NCBI RefSeq assembly: GCF_026210795.1
Contig: NC_089431.1
Location: 2,914,001-2,978,000 of the forward strand
DNA from: Rhizophagus irregularis
Taxonomy: Eukaryota
Direction of reading: 5' to 3'
Length of the DNA stretch: 64,000 bases
A program made the position numbers and the translations under genes. This document shows, piece after piece, positions 39,701 to 52,082 of the stretch (position 1 is the first letter of the stretch; every line of letters starts with the position of its first letter). Below the pieces are notes generated by a model that was given only the letters and a program-made list of their open reading frames with translations, was not told where the DNA came from and made no database searches.

Positions 39701-42700
39701 CGTTATGACGATACTCACGTACAAACCTCATTTAAAAATGTCACGCGCGCAAATTTTCATTATTAAAATTACTTTTCAAAGTTTTTATTCACGCGTTTTT
39801 AATCCTTTAAGGAAGTGACAATCAAACAATCTATACGTGATATAATGTTATTTATACCGATATAGTTGAAATCATTGTCAATTATGATAATCCGATTATC
39901 TTGAAAAAAAAAAATTGCGACATTTACACGCAATATAATCCCTTCTGAGTTCCCGAGTATTTTTTATTTTTGTGGGAGTTTTTTTCTTAAATAATATTAC
40001 AAATTTTTACTATTTTTAATGAAAGATATTCGAATTTGTAACTTTGTATTACTTTTTTTGAATTTCCTTTAGAAATTCTTTTTCAGAATTTTAATTTCTT
40101 GTTTTACCTCAAGAATTTTTGTTTGTACTATAAAGTCTATATATTATTTAAATATTATGGTATTTATTCAAATATTTTTAATCTATATGTTATTCAAATA
40201 TTTTTAATCTATATGTTATTCAAATATTTTTAATCTATATATTTATATTCAAATATTTCAAATATTTACTCTTTCTACTTTTTTTCATTTCCCCACGTCC
40301 CCAATCCCCATTTAAAAACTGATAAACCAAATTAAGACATTATAATAAAATGGATCACCTTTTTATTGTTTGACAAGAAAAATATTAAAAATACTTTGTA
40401 GTTTGTACTATCCGACCTTTCCCACGGACAAAATGTGACCCAACGGTCCCTAACTGACCCGACGGTCCCAGATTTTTTATGTGTCTTGGTGATCTCAATA
40501 GAATATTACATACAGACATACAGTATATTACTTTATAAAACGAAAAAGAAACACTTTCTAAGAATAGATTTAAATGTATGTTATATGTACGCGTCAGTTT
40601 CTTTTTACACCAATTTAATGCGTCAATTAAAAACTAATCATGTTCCAGAGAATAAACTTGGCATAAATCAAAAGTTCTTTGATTCGAAGAGAGATTTTGG
40701 AATTTTATTGAAGGAAAAAAAAAATATATATATATATTTTTTTTTTTTATTTTTTTTGTAGTAACACCACATTTTGAACAACCATTGAGCACAATTAAAG
40801 GTGTTGAACACAAATTAAAGATGTTTCACACTTGTATAAAGTCTAACTAGTTCTTTTTTAAAAAAATTAGTAGATTTTTAATTAATTAATAATCAAAACT
40901 GCTTGGCATTTGACATTTTAGATAAAAAAAACTTTATTATTCTACAAATCATAATTAATCAAATTGTTAATCTATATAAGAAAATTATATATATATATTT
41001 TTTTTTTGCTTGTTAATTTAATTGTAAATCTCGATAATCCTTTTTTAATATTTTTTGATCAAATAACATATGCAAATATTATGTTAACTTTGCATCAAAA
41101 AGGTTTATTATGTTCACGAAATAAATTTTTGTATACCAATTTAGGTTTCGTTCAATGATAATTTACTTTAATTAGTAAAATTTATTTTTTTTTTTTAGGG
41201 TAAATAGAAAAAATTAACTGGTGAGACCAAAAATTGTGCATACATAATAAAAAAAAATACCATCTATGTAAAAAAGAAATGAAATTTATTACATGCGGGA
41301 AACATGAATACCATGTTAAGTTAAGATGATCATCGTATAATTCGTTACTATTTTTGATTTTTTTGTCAAACGAAAATTTAATTGCATTATTTATTAAATT
41401 AAAAATTACACGAAATGTTTAATTTATTTAAACCGCTTTTGCAAACCTTTTACCGATTGGTTCGGTAAACCTGTTGTATTTGTAACAAATATACAAATAT
41501 ATTTATTATATTATATTCTTTTGTAAATCTTTCTAAACTTTTTTGTTCATGTAACCAATGTTGATGAACTTTTTTGAACAAAAAATCCTGTATAATTAAT
41601 TATTTTCAAATATTAAATAATTATTTATGTAAAATTCATTTATGTAAGGAAAAAAAATTCATTTATGGTCATAAAAACAAATATGATTACGGTGTAAGAT
41701 TGTAAAGTGTAATAAATAAATTATATAAATTATATATATGATACGTAAGACGAACGGTAAGACTTAAAAAAAATAAAAAAGTTCTTTCGGGTAAGGGTAG
41801 AACCAAGTTTATCTCTTTTTTGATCAACTTCCATGTGCATGGTGCACTTGTGTCACGAACTCTCGGTTTTTTTTCATGATCTTTTTATTGTATATGTTAA
41901 CGATTAATTAATTTAAATGAACTATGATTGGTATGATCTCTTTGACATTTGTACCAGATTTAGGTGATGGTGAATTTTTTAATTTTTTACAAGAATTTTT
42001 TTTTTTTGCTGGTGTACCTTGATTTATTATTATTTATTACGTAGCAAAGATCACGAATCATAATTTCAAAATTATCAATTATCAATCGACCTTATATTAA
42101 AGTTCCGACTATGGATTCCGACTTTCCGACTTTACATTTCTTACATTTCTTACATTCCCCCATTTTTTTTTCAAAAAAGGAGAATTTATAATGAAAAAAA
42201 TATGTGACTTATTATTGTGACTTAATAATTACAAAGAAATTTTTATTATTATTATTGTTTTTTTTTTTTTTCATTATTCAGCCTTATTTACATTCTAAGT
42301 TTATTATTTCATTTAGAGAAATTGTTAATGAATACGCGGTTATGGATTATCGTGTAACAAAAAAAATTTCAAATATTTTCAAATAATTCCTGATAATTTG
42401 ATAATGCGGTGTGATTCTCCTCCTGATTTACTTTGCATTTATGAATCTTTTATGTGTAAGAATATGATTAGAAAAAAAAAATTCATTATGAAACTAACTC
42501 AACTAAGTGATTTATGAAGGAATTTCTATCATTCCTTTTTATCATTTCTTTTTTAATAATTTCGCCAAGAAATAATATTTGAGTTGATCTTAAATTTAAT
42601 TGATGCATATTTTGATATTTTGATGTACTTCACGCATTCCCATGCATACTTTATGAAGTTTACAAATTTTTAAATCTTTTTTTATCGGTCTCCTTGATAA

Positions 42701-42893
42701 TTAATAATTACATGATAAAAAAAAATTAAAAAATTTTAAAGATCAAAAGATTTTAAACCAGTTATATCATTATCATATCTTTTAATAATAATAATCATAC
42801 TATAGTTATACTGTAGTTACTATAGTTACTATAGTTGTATACTAATAATAAGATCAATAAATCTACCATAATAGTTACTACACATTTCACTAA

Positions 42894-43475
42894 TCACGTC
42901 TCAATACTAAAGGTTTTCAAACCAGCAATTCCAACTCCTTTAATTACTCCTACTAAATAAACTCCAACTCTTCTATAATCCCCAATTTTATAAACTTTGA
43001 CATTTTCTTTACCATGAAAAGTAGCTTCAATAATTTTTTGTAATTCTTTATACCCATCTTTTTGTCCATAAGGATCTTCTGCAAATTCAGAAGTAAAAGG
43101 ATCAAAAAATTCTTGAAATTTTAATACATTATTACTCTCTGAAGAAGAAAGTTCTTCTTCCGCTATCATCAAATTATTATTATCTTGTTGTTTTATTAAA
43201 GATTTAAATTGTGTACAATCTTCTGGTAATTCAGTTATATCTTCTTTTGGTATAAAAATAAATTCATATGGTTCCTCCCCTTCAGAAATAAATAATAAAT
43301 GTTTACTTGTTTCCAATAATGTTTCCTTTATACGTTGAATCTCTGCTGGAAATGTTGTCTCTTCTTGTTGAACTGTTAATGTTGATGGTTCTTGTTCTTC
43401 TTCTCTAGGTTTTACGTATTGTTTTGTTCTTTGTTCATAATCTTCAACAAACGAGAGGTATTCATTACGATCCAT
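42894..43475 (-). CDS. nuiA: Nuclease A inhibitor (NuiA)-family protein
   Basis: Intronless 193 aa. LLFISEGEEPYEF, FQEFF, YKELQKII, VKVYKIG, VYLVG and terminal IAGLKTFSIET-stop parallel the Anabaena NuiA motifs as recalled (LLFMSESEYPFE, DSFF, VYRLG, VYVIG, LAGISTKVVET-stop). Confidence 0.8.
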   Translation of the reverse strand: MDRNEYLSFVEDYEQRTKQYVKPREEEQEPSTLTVQQEETTFPAEIQRIKETLLETSKHLLFISEGEEPYEFIFIPKEDITELPEDCTQFKSLIKQQDNNNLMIAEEELSSSESNNVLKFQEFFDPFTSEFAEDPYGQKDGYKELQKIIEATFHGKENVKVYKIGDYRRVGVYLVGVIKGVGIAGLKTFSIET

Positions 43476-43689
43476 GATATTAAAATAACTGGGGTGAAAA
43501 TTTCAAAAAGGAATTGACAAAAGTGCGTTATAAAAAACTGTGAGAGTTTTTTTTATAGAGATGTAAGACTGATGTCATTAAATACCTCCCTGAAAAATGA
43601 TAATCAAGATTTGATCAGGTATTGTGTATATTTACACGTGAACAATTTTTTTTAAATTTTTTTTTTTTTTTCCTTTCCTAATTATAATA

Positions 43690-44895
43690 ATGTTAAACCT
43701 TTTTCATAATTTTAATGTACGAACCTTTATTAGAGCAGCAGCTTGGGGTCCTGTGATTTTATTTTTTGTTGAACATGGTTTTAGTATAGGTTCTATTCAA
43801 GGAAGGTCTATGCAGGTATCTTTTAATAAATTTGGTATACAATATACAATATAGTATATAGTAACTTTTTTAATAATTATAACGAAATTTAGTGTTCGAA
43901 CTAGTAATAAATAACAATAATAAAATAAATATGGTCATCCATTTTTTTTTGTGATTTATATGATTTATATTAACCAAAAAAAAAACTGGCCTTAAAAAAA
44001 AAACATAAATAAAAATAAAATATCAAAACTTATCTAAAAATTTAGCCAACGTTTAACCCTGATTCAAACAAACTCCGTAGAGATGTTGTTTTATTAAATC
44101 GTTGGATAGCTGTTACACATGAATATGTAAGAGGTGATGTGGTAACGTTATTGTAAGTATTTTCAATTAAAATTTTTTTTAAAAAAAAACGCGTTTTTTT
44201 TTTGTATCTTGAAATTTATTTGATTTATTTTTATAAAAAGTGCACCAGATGATCCAGATCGTGTGATAACAAAAAGAATAATCGCATTAGAAGGTGATAC
44301 GGTATTCACCACACTTCCTCATCCTGATAAATTTGTTAAAATACCAAAGGGACATTGTTGGATTGAAGGTGATGATATCTTTCATAGTAAAGATAGTAAT
44401 GAATATGGACCGGTAAGAAGCATTAATTTATAAGTGTTGTCGAAAATTCTTGAGTCAGTGTTATGATATACATAGTGAAATTCGATATAATGGAACCATT
44501 TCGTTCCATTAATAAAATTTGTCAAAAATCCGTTATATCTTATATCGAGGGTAAATTAATTATACGTTATGATAATCCCAATCAAGATTATCGAGGATCC
44601 GGTATATCGAATTTCACTGTGTATGTCAATGCCATAACCATAAAAATATTACGGCATCACGACATTAAGACGACATATGATAATTAATTTCGCCAGTCGT
44701 GGCCATAACCGTGTTACTATTTTGGTACATATAAATTGAAAAAAAGTTAATGATGATTTACAAGAGTTATTTTTATTATAGGTACCATTAGCATTGATTA
44801 ATGCTAAAGTTTCTTACATATTACTGCCATTTTCAAGATTTGGTAAAATAGAACGTGTTGAAAGTTCTCGTGTTTCTGTGTTCAAAGATGATTAG
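43690..44895 (+). CDS. IMP2: Mitochondrial inner membrane protease subunit 2 (peptidase S26)
   Basis: Four exons (~43690-43815, 44046-44151, 44241-44412, 44783-44895) give IQGRSMQPTFNP (catalytic Ser), RGDVV, KRIIALEGD (catalytic Lys) and IPKGHCWIEGDDIFHSKDSNEYGPVPLAL. Not in the ORF track. Confidence 0.9.
44471..44621. mobile_element. MITE (pogo/Tc1-mariner type) in IMP2 intron 3
   Basis: TA|CATAGTGAAATTCGATATA ... TATATCGAATTTCACTGTG|TA: 19-bp TIR with 1 mismatch and TA flanks. Confidence 0.75.
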
Positions 44896-45339
44896 TTTTA
44901 TTACGACATTGGATAAATGAGTTTTTGGAGAATTTTTAAATAATAATAATTGGAGGAAATAATTAATCAGAGGAAAATAATTATAAGAGAGAAAGTTTCA
45001 GAAATTTGACGAAAAATTATTTTTTTTTTTTAAAAAAAAATAATAATTTTTTTAAAAAAAGTATGTATAATAATAAAAAAGAAAATGGATTTGTCTAATA
45101 ATAATTTAATAACTTTATTGTTCCGTTTTTATATTTACTAAATAAATAGATCAATAATAATTTACATCAACTATTTTTTTTTTCTTAACTTTCTATCTAT
45201 TGATAATTTAATCAGTTAGATTATTTATAACTTGGGTGATGTTATGATGTTATGATTTATAATTATGGAATAGATACTGAAAAAAAAAAAATTTGAAATT
45301 AAAGCATTTGATAAAGCAATTTTCTTATTAATTTGCAAC

Positions 45340-45772
45340 TAATTAACCAAGTTCCTTCAATTATTTCAAGTAGCTTCAAATTACACTAATTAACCGAATT
45401 ATTCTAGTAGCTTCAAATTACATCAATTAACCAAGTTCTTTCAAATTATTTTAAGTAGCTTCAAATTACACTAATCAACCAATTAACCGAATTATTCTAG
45501 TAGCTTCAAATTACCTCAATTAACCAAGTTCTTTCAAATTATTCTAAGTAGCTTCAAATTACACTAATTAACCGAATTATTCTAGTAGCTTCAAATTACA
45601 TCAATTAACCAAGTTCCTTCAAATTATTCTAAATAGCTTCAAATTACATCAATTAACCAAGTTCCTTCAAATTATTCTAAATAGCTTCAAATTCAAAATA
45701 TTCTAAGTAGCTTCAAATTACACCAATTAACCAATTACACTAAGTAACCAAATTACAAGTTCCTTCAAATTA
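45340..45772. repeat. Minisatellite with ~35-45-bp units (aattaacc(a/g)a...ttattct(a)agtagcttcaaattaca)
   Basis: About 9 imperfect copies that alternate long and short variants. Confidence 0.9.
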
Positions 45773-46107
45773 TTCATATATATAACATTTCCGCATTCAT
45801 CGTGGAATATATATTCGCTCCCAGAACCTAGTTTTGAAAGTCCGATAATACCGCTGGCCAGTTCTGGTCCAACGACTTCTACTGCTCCCATTCCTCCATT
45901 CCACAAAATTCTAAATATTATCTTTATTTTATTATTGCTTTACTAACATTAAAATTCCAACCATACAATTTAGTCGTCATTTTGGAGATAATTATTTAAA
46001 GCGATAAGGTTTTTCTAGAGAGAGAAAAAGTTTGAGAACACCGAAATCGTAAATCTCGGTAGAGCCACCTGGCAGTTTGCTCCTCTATTCCTCACGTTCA
46101 TATCATT

Positions 46108-46510
46108 GGATCATGTAATGTAATGAATAGCGAAGTAAATTTGATGAAAAATGCCAGATAAAGTATTGCGCTGATCTGAGGATTTGGAAAAAAGTTCCAA
46201 GTAAACCAAATTTCGGAATCTTTGCTCGCACTGTCGAGCGGTACACCGAAAACATAAATCTCCTGGAAGTTTGCTCCTCTACTCCTCCCGTCCATATTGT
46301 TAGATCATGTAATGTAATGAATAGCGAAGTAAATTTGATGAAAAATGCCAGATAAAGTATTGCGCGGTATACCGAAAACGTAAATCTCCTGGAAGTTTGC
46401 TCCTCTACTCTTCCCGTGTCATTAGATCATGTAATGTAATGAATAGCGAAATAAATTTGATGAAAAATGCCAGATAAAGTATTGCGCTGATCTGAGGATT
46501 TGGAAAAAAG
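46108..46510. repeat. Triplicated block (gatcatgtaatgtaatgaatagcgaagtaaatttgatgaaaaatgccagataaagtattgcgc)
   Basis: Near-identical copies at ~46109, ~46302 and ~46425. A shared flanking sub-block taaatctcctggaagtttgctcctctact is also repeated. Confidence 0.85.
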
Positions 46511-46522
46511 TTTTTTTTTTAA

Positions 46523-46927
46523 TTAGAAATAATCCAAGTAGTGGCGAACGATCATTGTGAAGGTGTTGTAAAGAGTGCCTTCCAAACGCTTCAAACCCAA
46601 GTCAAGGTTCAGAAGACAATACCTCCGAACTCCGAAGTCCAGCTCCTCAAAATCACTCTTCCAAACCAGTTCGCAAAATAAGCATCGATAATCCTCAGCT
46701 TTTTTCCAATTTCTCACTAATAAATTTATTAAGAGCTGAAGCATTTTTGAATCAAGCAGATATATATTGTCTTGTAATTCCATAAACACATCGTCGATGA
46801 TTTGTCCCATTCGTCTGTTACGAGAACTCATTTGAAAATAGTTGTTTTTCCATAAGTAAAACATGATATAATTAGCTACGAGAACTCGATGTTCTTCCAT
46901 AAGTAAAATGTTATAATTAAACAGCAT
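46523..46927 (-). CDS. Hypothetical protein (possibly repeat-associated)
   Basis: Open frame with protein-like composition (likely start MSSRNRR or MEEHR). No family recognised. Confidence 0.35.
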   Translation of the reverse strand: MLFNYNILLMEEHRVLVANYIMFYLWKNNYFQMSSRNRRMGQIIDDVFMELQDNIYLLDSKMLQLLINLLVRNWKKAEDYRCLFCELVWKSDFEELDFGVRRYCLLNLDLGLKRLEGTLYNTFTMIVRHYLDYF

Positions 46928-47004
46928 TAGCGTTCATGATCTGTTGATATGAATACACGAGAGTTCCTCAAATTATTGTAATAAATGTACAAACTCGAGA
47001 TTTC

Positions 47005-47448
47005 CTATAAATTAAAAGTTATCTTAAATGGTAAACTTAAAATGCTTATTATAATCCTAATTCCATCATCTGCCAATCTAATTATAATCGATATAACATC
47101 AAGTATTTTCCCAAAATATAATATACATAAAGATATAATTATCATTTCCCAAATTATTATAAACCATCTAATAAAATTAGGTTGTTGTGAAAGAAATTCA
47201 AAATGTTTATTTAATAAAGTTGATATTGTTGTAAATAAGATTCCTATACCAAAAATATCAGTAATATTTATTGTTATATTAAATAATGAATTTTTAGAAA
47301 TAATTTTAGGATCCTTTTTCCTAAATTTTAAAAATTTCATAAATGATGATGATGATTTATTTGATTTATTTGAAAAAGAAAATACACTTATTGTTGTTTT
47401 TGTTGAATTTGATTTAGACGATGTTTGTCTTTTTTTTAGAAAATTCAT
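47005..47448 (-). CDS. Hypothetical membrane protein
   Basis: ATG-started 147-aa ORF with a basic/Ser-rich N-terminus and hydrophobic segments. AT richness weakens the call. Confidence 0.35.
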   Translation of the reverse strand: MNFLKKRQTSSKSNSTKTTISVFSFSNKSNKSSSSFMKFLKFRKKDPKIISKNSLFNITINITDIFGIGILFTTISTLLNKHFEFLSQQPNFIRWFIIIWEMIIISLCILYFGKILDVISIIIRLADDGIRIIISILSLPFKITFNL

Positions 47449-49096
47449 TGTTAAAAAAATTAAAATTTAAAATATTTTTTTTAAAAGGAAATCAAGGAAA
47501 TCACTGTATTTATAATTTTTTTAAGGAGAGGTTTATTGTATGTTTATTACCCGATTTTACTTTTTAAAGGATTCTAAAAATAATTATTAATAGGGAACAG
47601 AGGAAACAAACAGAAAGTGAAGTGACGATCACATTTATAATGAACATGTGATCTTTCAACTTCTTTTATAACGTTAGAATTCTATTCCTCTAAAGTCTAA
47701 AGAAAAAGTGAAAGTATATTTTTAAAATTAAAATTATATTTATAATAGTTAATTAAAAAAAATTTGTTATACTATCTAATATAATATTTTAAGTAAAATA
47801 TAACAGTTATTTACTGTATATAAATATTAATAATTATTCATTTATTTAAAATTACAGAAAAAATTTAAAAAACAAATAAAAAACTTATTAGAGTTACAAA
47901 GAAAAAAGCTATAATTGATTTCAATACTTACTAAACTCTTATTTTTTTTATTTTAAATACCATATTCTTTTAAAGAAAGATTTTACAAAACTTTTACTAT
48001 AGTCCATAATTACTTTTATATAGGAAATAATGTAATTTTTTCATTCAAGATCTGTATGAATTTCTGAAAAAGTCTGCATTACTTTTTTAATAGTAAATAA
48101 TCTGAATTAGTTTATCTCTATTAGTAAGAAAAACCTGGAATTTTACAGTTAAGTCAACTTTACTATCTATCTTTTTGATAATTTATTTATACAAAATACT
48201 GAAGAAACTTTTTATAATTTTGTAATAATATATAAACAAATTTGCCAGAAACTTTATCTAATAATTATTTTTTCTGATTATTGTCTGAAGTATAAGTATA
48301 AGATACTGCAAATTATACATATGTTATCTATCCACACATATATATTATCATGTTGATTATTCTTAAAACAATAAATTAAAACAGTGTATCCATTATTTTT
48401 ACTTTTAACAAAATCAGTTGCATTAAGTAATGTATATTTCCTATCATAATTAACTTTTAATAAGTCTGATCCTTTAATTTCACCTTTGCCATTATTAGAA
48501 AAATATTTAATCTTTCCATCTACAACTTTTCTTATCTTTTTAAAATGAATATTATTATATAAATCAATACTTTTAATTTTTGAATTATATTGAAAAAAGT
48601 GGTTAATAGTTGTAAAAGAAACTACTAGAATTAATAGAATAGTTAGAACTATTTTTTTATTTATATTAGTAAAATAAGATACAATTGTTCAATTAAAACA
48701 ATTAAAACTTGTTTATTTTCTACTTTTTGAATTTGACCAATATATAATTATTCTTTTTAAAACTTCTTTAACAAACTTATCCAATTATTTGTCATATTAA
48801 TTGTATTTTTAACTTTTGAAAATTTATGATAAAATTCAATTTTTTTATTAGAAAGTAGAAGTTTTTAAACTATTCTAAAATATAAAATATAGATATTATT
48901 AGAAAACAAAAAAAAAAGTAAAATAAAGCAATGATAAATTAAAGGTATATAATGTCTTATTTTTTTTACTTTTCAAATTTATTTGCTTTATTTGTGATAT
49001 TTTAAATAGACAATTTCTATTTGTACATAAAGTATTTAAATATGGGTTTTCAAAAAAGTAAAATTTCTATGCTGATCATTTAATATTAGACAGAGT

Positions 49097-49474
49097 TAGA
49101 GTTACGATCCGGATGAATCTGAAAAGGCACATTTTGGCAATTATACATGGATTTTAATTAATAAAGATTAAATTGTTTTTTATATATTATAAAACTGCAT
49201 TCCAATGCACAATCTAGTAATTTAAAAAATTACTATTTAATACAAAAAAAAAGAGAAAATAAAAACGGATTGATTTTCCATCCAATCCAGATGAATTTCA
49301 ATCCGTTTTAATTTTTCTCTTTACTTTTATTTTTGAAGACAATTTTTTTTTATCATATTATGTATTGATAGATATTCATAAGATATCTCAAAAAAAAAAT
49401 ATTCTTTTTATTGACTTAATATTCATAGAATGACAGAAATGTATTTATTTACGAATTGACGGATTGCAACTCTA
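49097..49474. mobile_element. Non-autonomous hAT-like element
   Basis: TAGAGTTACGATCCG ... CGGATTGCAACTCTA (15-bp TIR, 2 mismatches) flanked by the 8-mers GACAGAGT / AATAGAGT, a degraded 8-bp TSD. Confidence 0.65.
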
Positions 49475-50023
49475 AATAGAGTTAAATTTAATGAAAAAAT
49501 AAAAAAATAAAAGAATTTGTTAAATAAATTAAAATTAATATTCAAAATTAACTTTGACACTTTAAATAAACTTGCAGAATAGATAAAAATACATATATTG
49601 CATATTTTTATTTATTTTTACATAACTTTTTAATAAAGTTATATGATATGTATATAAACATCCTATATAAATTAAGAAATTTTCTTTTAAATAATATAAT
49701 AAATATAAAAAATAAAAGCATAATCATTAGTATCTATATAATAATACAGTTATTATTAGATATAGTGGTTAAGATATTATTCAAACTGCTTTGCAGTTTT
49801 AACCTTCCTATTTAATATATACTTTTCGTCAAAATGACAAAATACTAATTAAATTTATTTTGACAGACGTAATGTATTTTGACAGACGTAATTAATTCAT
49901 AGTAATTTTATAATAAATAGTGAATTGGTCCGTTCGCCGAAATACAACGTAATTAATTAGCGGAGAAGTATAATTTAATAATTATAATATACTACTTAAA
50001 CTTCAATTTAAATGCATATATGC

Positions 50024-50598
50024 TGTGACACGCCACCCATAGGATATTAAGATAAAATATCGTATGTTGCCACCGACGTGTTGAGTTCGTATAATATCTA
50101 TCTTTAGGTTTAAAATAAAATTTAGTTACAAAACATTAATAAACCATTAATTAAAATAATTAATGTGGCACTTTTTACTCATAAGAAAAAGGCAAAAAGA
50201 ATGTGTTAGTTTTTATTAAAGGCGAATTAAAAATTTTATTTTTCCCAAAAATTGAACTGCAGAATTTCCTATCGAAATCCACTTGTATTTATACATTTTA
50301 AGAAAATCATTTCTACTATCTACTACTCTTTCTCTCTATCAAAATTCTAAGAATAATAAGAAATAAAAGATGTATTATCATATGACTTTCTTGTTACACT
50401 AAACTAAACTATAAATATAATTTTATTGGCTAATTATTTATCCATCGGCTAAATGTTTATCCGTCACTTACTGCGCCATGTGACTTGTCACGTGACTTTT
50501 GTATTCCCAACCATTTCTTCTTGTGTAACCATATCATGTGACCTACTGCGCCACAGGATTTACTGCGTCATTTATTTATTATATTTTCAGTTATTACA
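50024..50598 (-). repeat. 3' LTR (575 bp)
   Basis: TGTGACACGCC...TTATTACA; matches 59026-59598 except at about 3 short sites. Confidence 0.97.
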
Positions 50599-50612
50599 TT
50601 TATCCTCCTCTT
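50599..50612 (-). other. Polypurine tract
   Basis: AAGAGGAGGATAAA on the minus strand, immediately before the 3' LTR. Confidence 0.8.
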
Positions 50613-50662
50613 AAAAAATTTATGTCCCATAAATTAAGAATCGAATTCGGGTCTCAAACTTA

Positions 50663-51884
50663 TTATATTACTATATATGGTTCAAATATTTCTCTATCAA
50701 AATATTCCTTTAATAATTCTCCATTTACTGGTCTTCTTAAAATTCTTCCATTTAATTCTTTAATTTTGTACGATCCATTTATTATTACTTCATGTATATA
50801 ATACGGTCCCTTCCATTTTTCTTCTAGTTTTCCTGTATGTGTTTTGTATTTCGCCGCATCAAAGTATAATACTTTATCTCCTATTTGAAAGTTTTGTTTT
50901 CGTTTTCCAATTTTGTCATGATATTTCTTTTGTTGTTCTTGTGCTTTTTCAATATTCTTCTTTGCTTCATGTCTTTTTATTGGTAATTCTTCTATTATAT
51001 GTTCTATTCTTTTAATCATTGTAATTCCTTTAACTTCTTCATCATTCGGTAATATTACTCTTCTTCCATAAGTCAAATAAAATGGTGTCATTTTACTTGA
51101 TTTCTGTATTTTACTTCTATATGCAAACAATATTGGTGCTATTCTTTGATCCCAATTTTTATCTTCATATTCTCTATTTCTATATATCGTTAACTTTTCT
51201 TTTACTAATTTCGCCAATGATTCTATTAATGTTTTATTAAATCGTTCTACTAATCCATTTGTTTTAGGGTGATAAGGAGTCGAGAATTTATGTTGAACAT
51301 TAAATTTTTCTGTAAGATTTTTAGTTAATTGATTATTAAATTCCGATCCATTATCTGTAAGTATTTTCTTTGGACATCCATGTCGACAAATTATTTCTTC
51401 ATAAATGAATTTTGATATTTCTTTTGCATTTGCTTCTTTTATTGCTTTTGCTTCTGGCCATTTCGTAAAGAAATCTATTGCTACTACTATATATTTATTT
51501 CCTTCTTCTGTTCTTGGTAATGTCTATTACATCTATTCCAATCATATGAAAAGGTTCTTTTACTTCTATTGGATGTAATTCATGTAACCCTTGTGGATTA
51601 TTTCTTCTTTGACAATTATCACAACTTTTTACATATTTTTCTACATCTCGTTTCATATTCTTCCACCAATATTTTTCCTTTACTTTTTCATATGTAGCTT
51701 GAATCCCAAAATGTGCCGATAATTCATGATCACGCATCATATACATTATTCCTTCTAATTCAAATCTTCTTATTACTCTAAATTTATTTTCATCTTTAAT
51801 TTTATATAAAACTCCATTTTCTTGTACGTATTTTTCTTCTTTTTCTATATTCTTTACAATTTTATCATATTCTTTTTCATCCAT
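50663..51884 (-). CDS. Retrotransposon integrase (one frame break near 51528)
   Basis: HHCC zinc finger (HELSAH...CDNC), D,D35E core (IGID, ILTDNGSEF, GLVERFN) and C-terminal KLEEKWKGPY (GPY/F motif). Confidence 0.9.
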
Positions 51885-52082
51885 TTGTTAATAAATTTTC
51901 TATTTCGTTTTCAAATGGTAAAATAAATTTTATTTCTTTATCTTCAAATAATATGCAATGATAATTTATATTTGTATGAATTATAAATATATATATTTCT
52001 AATCCTATTCTTTCAACCATTTTTTAATTTTATTTATCTCATTATTCATTACTATTTATTATTTTCTAAACTTTTATCTTTC

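Noticed and set aside
37780..42386. Short F/Y/I/L/K-rich ORFs (37780, 40435, 40964, 42204)
   Set aside because: Low-complexity products of A/T runs and an (AAATA)n microsatellite, several with non-ATG starts.
46985..47470. 161-aa plus-strand ORF
   Set aside because: Antisense overlap of 47005-47448 with I/N/L/K composition typical of AT-rich shadow frames.
48290..48580. Decayed minus-strand frame with YVWIDNIC, resembling a HET-domain motif
   Set aside because: A single short motif in CpG-depleted, stop-ridden sequence with no other HET motifs.
49818..49970. Possible MITE with TATACTT(T/C) ends
   Set aside because: The inverted match is too short and AT-rich to support.
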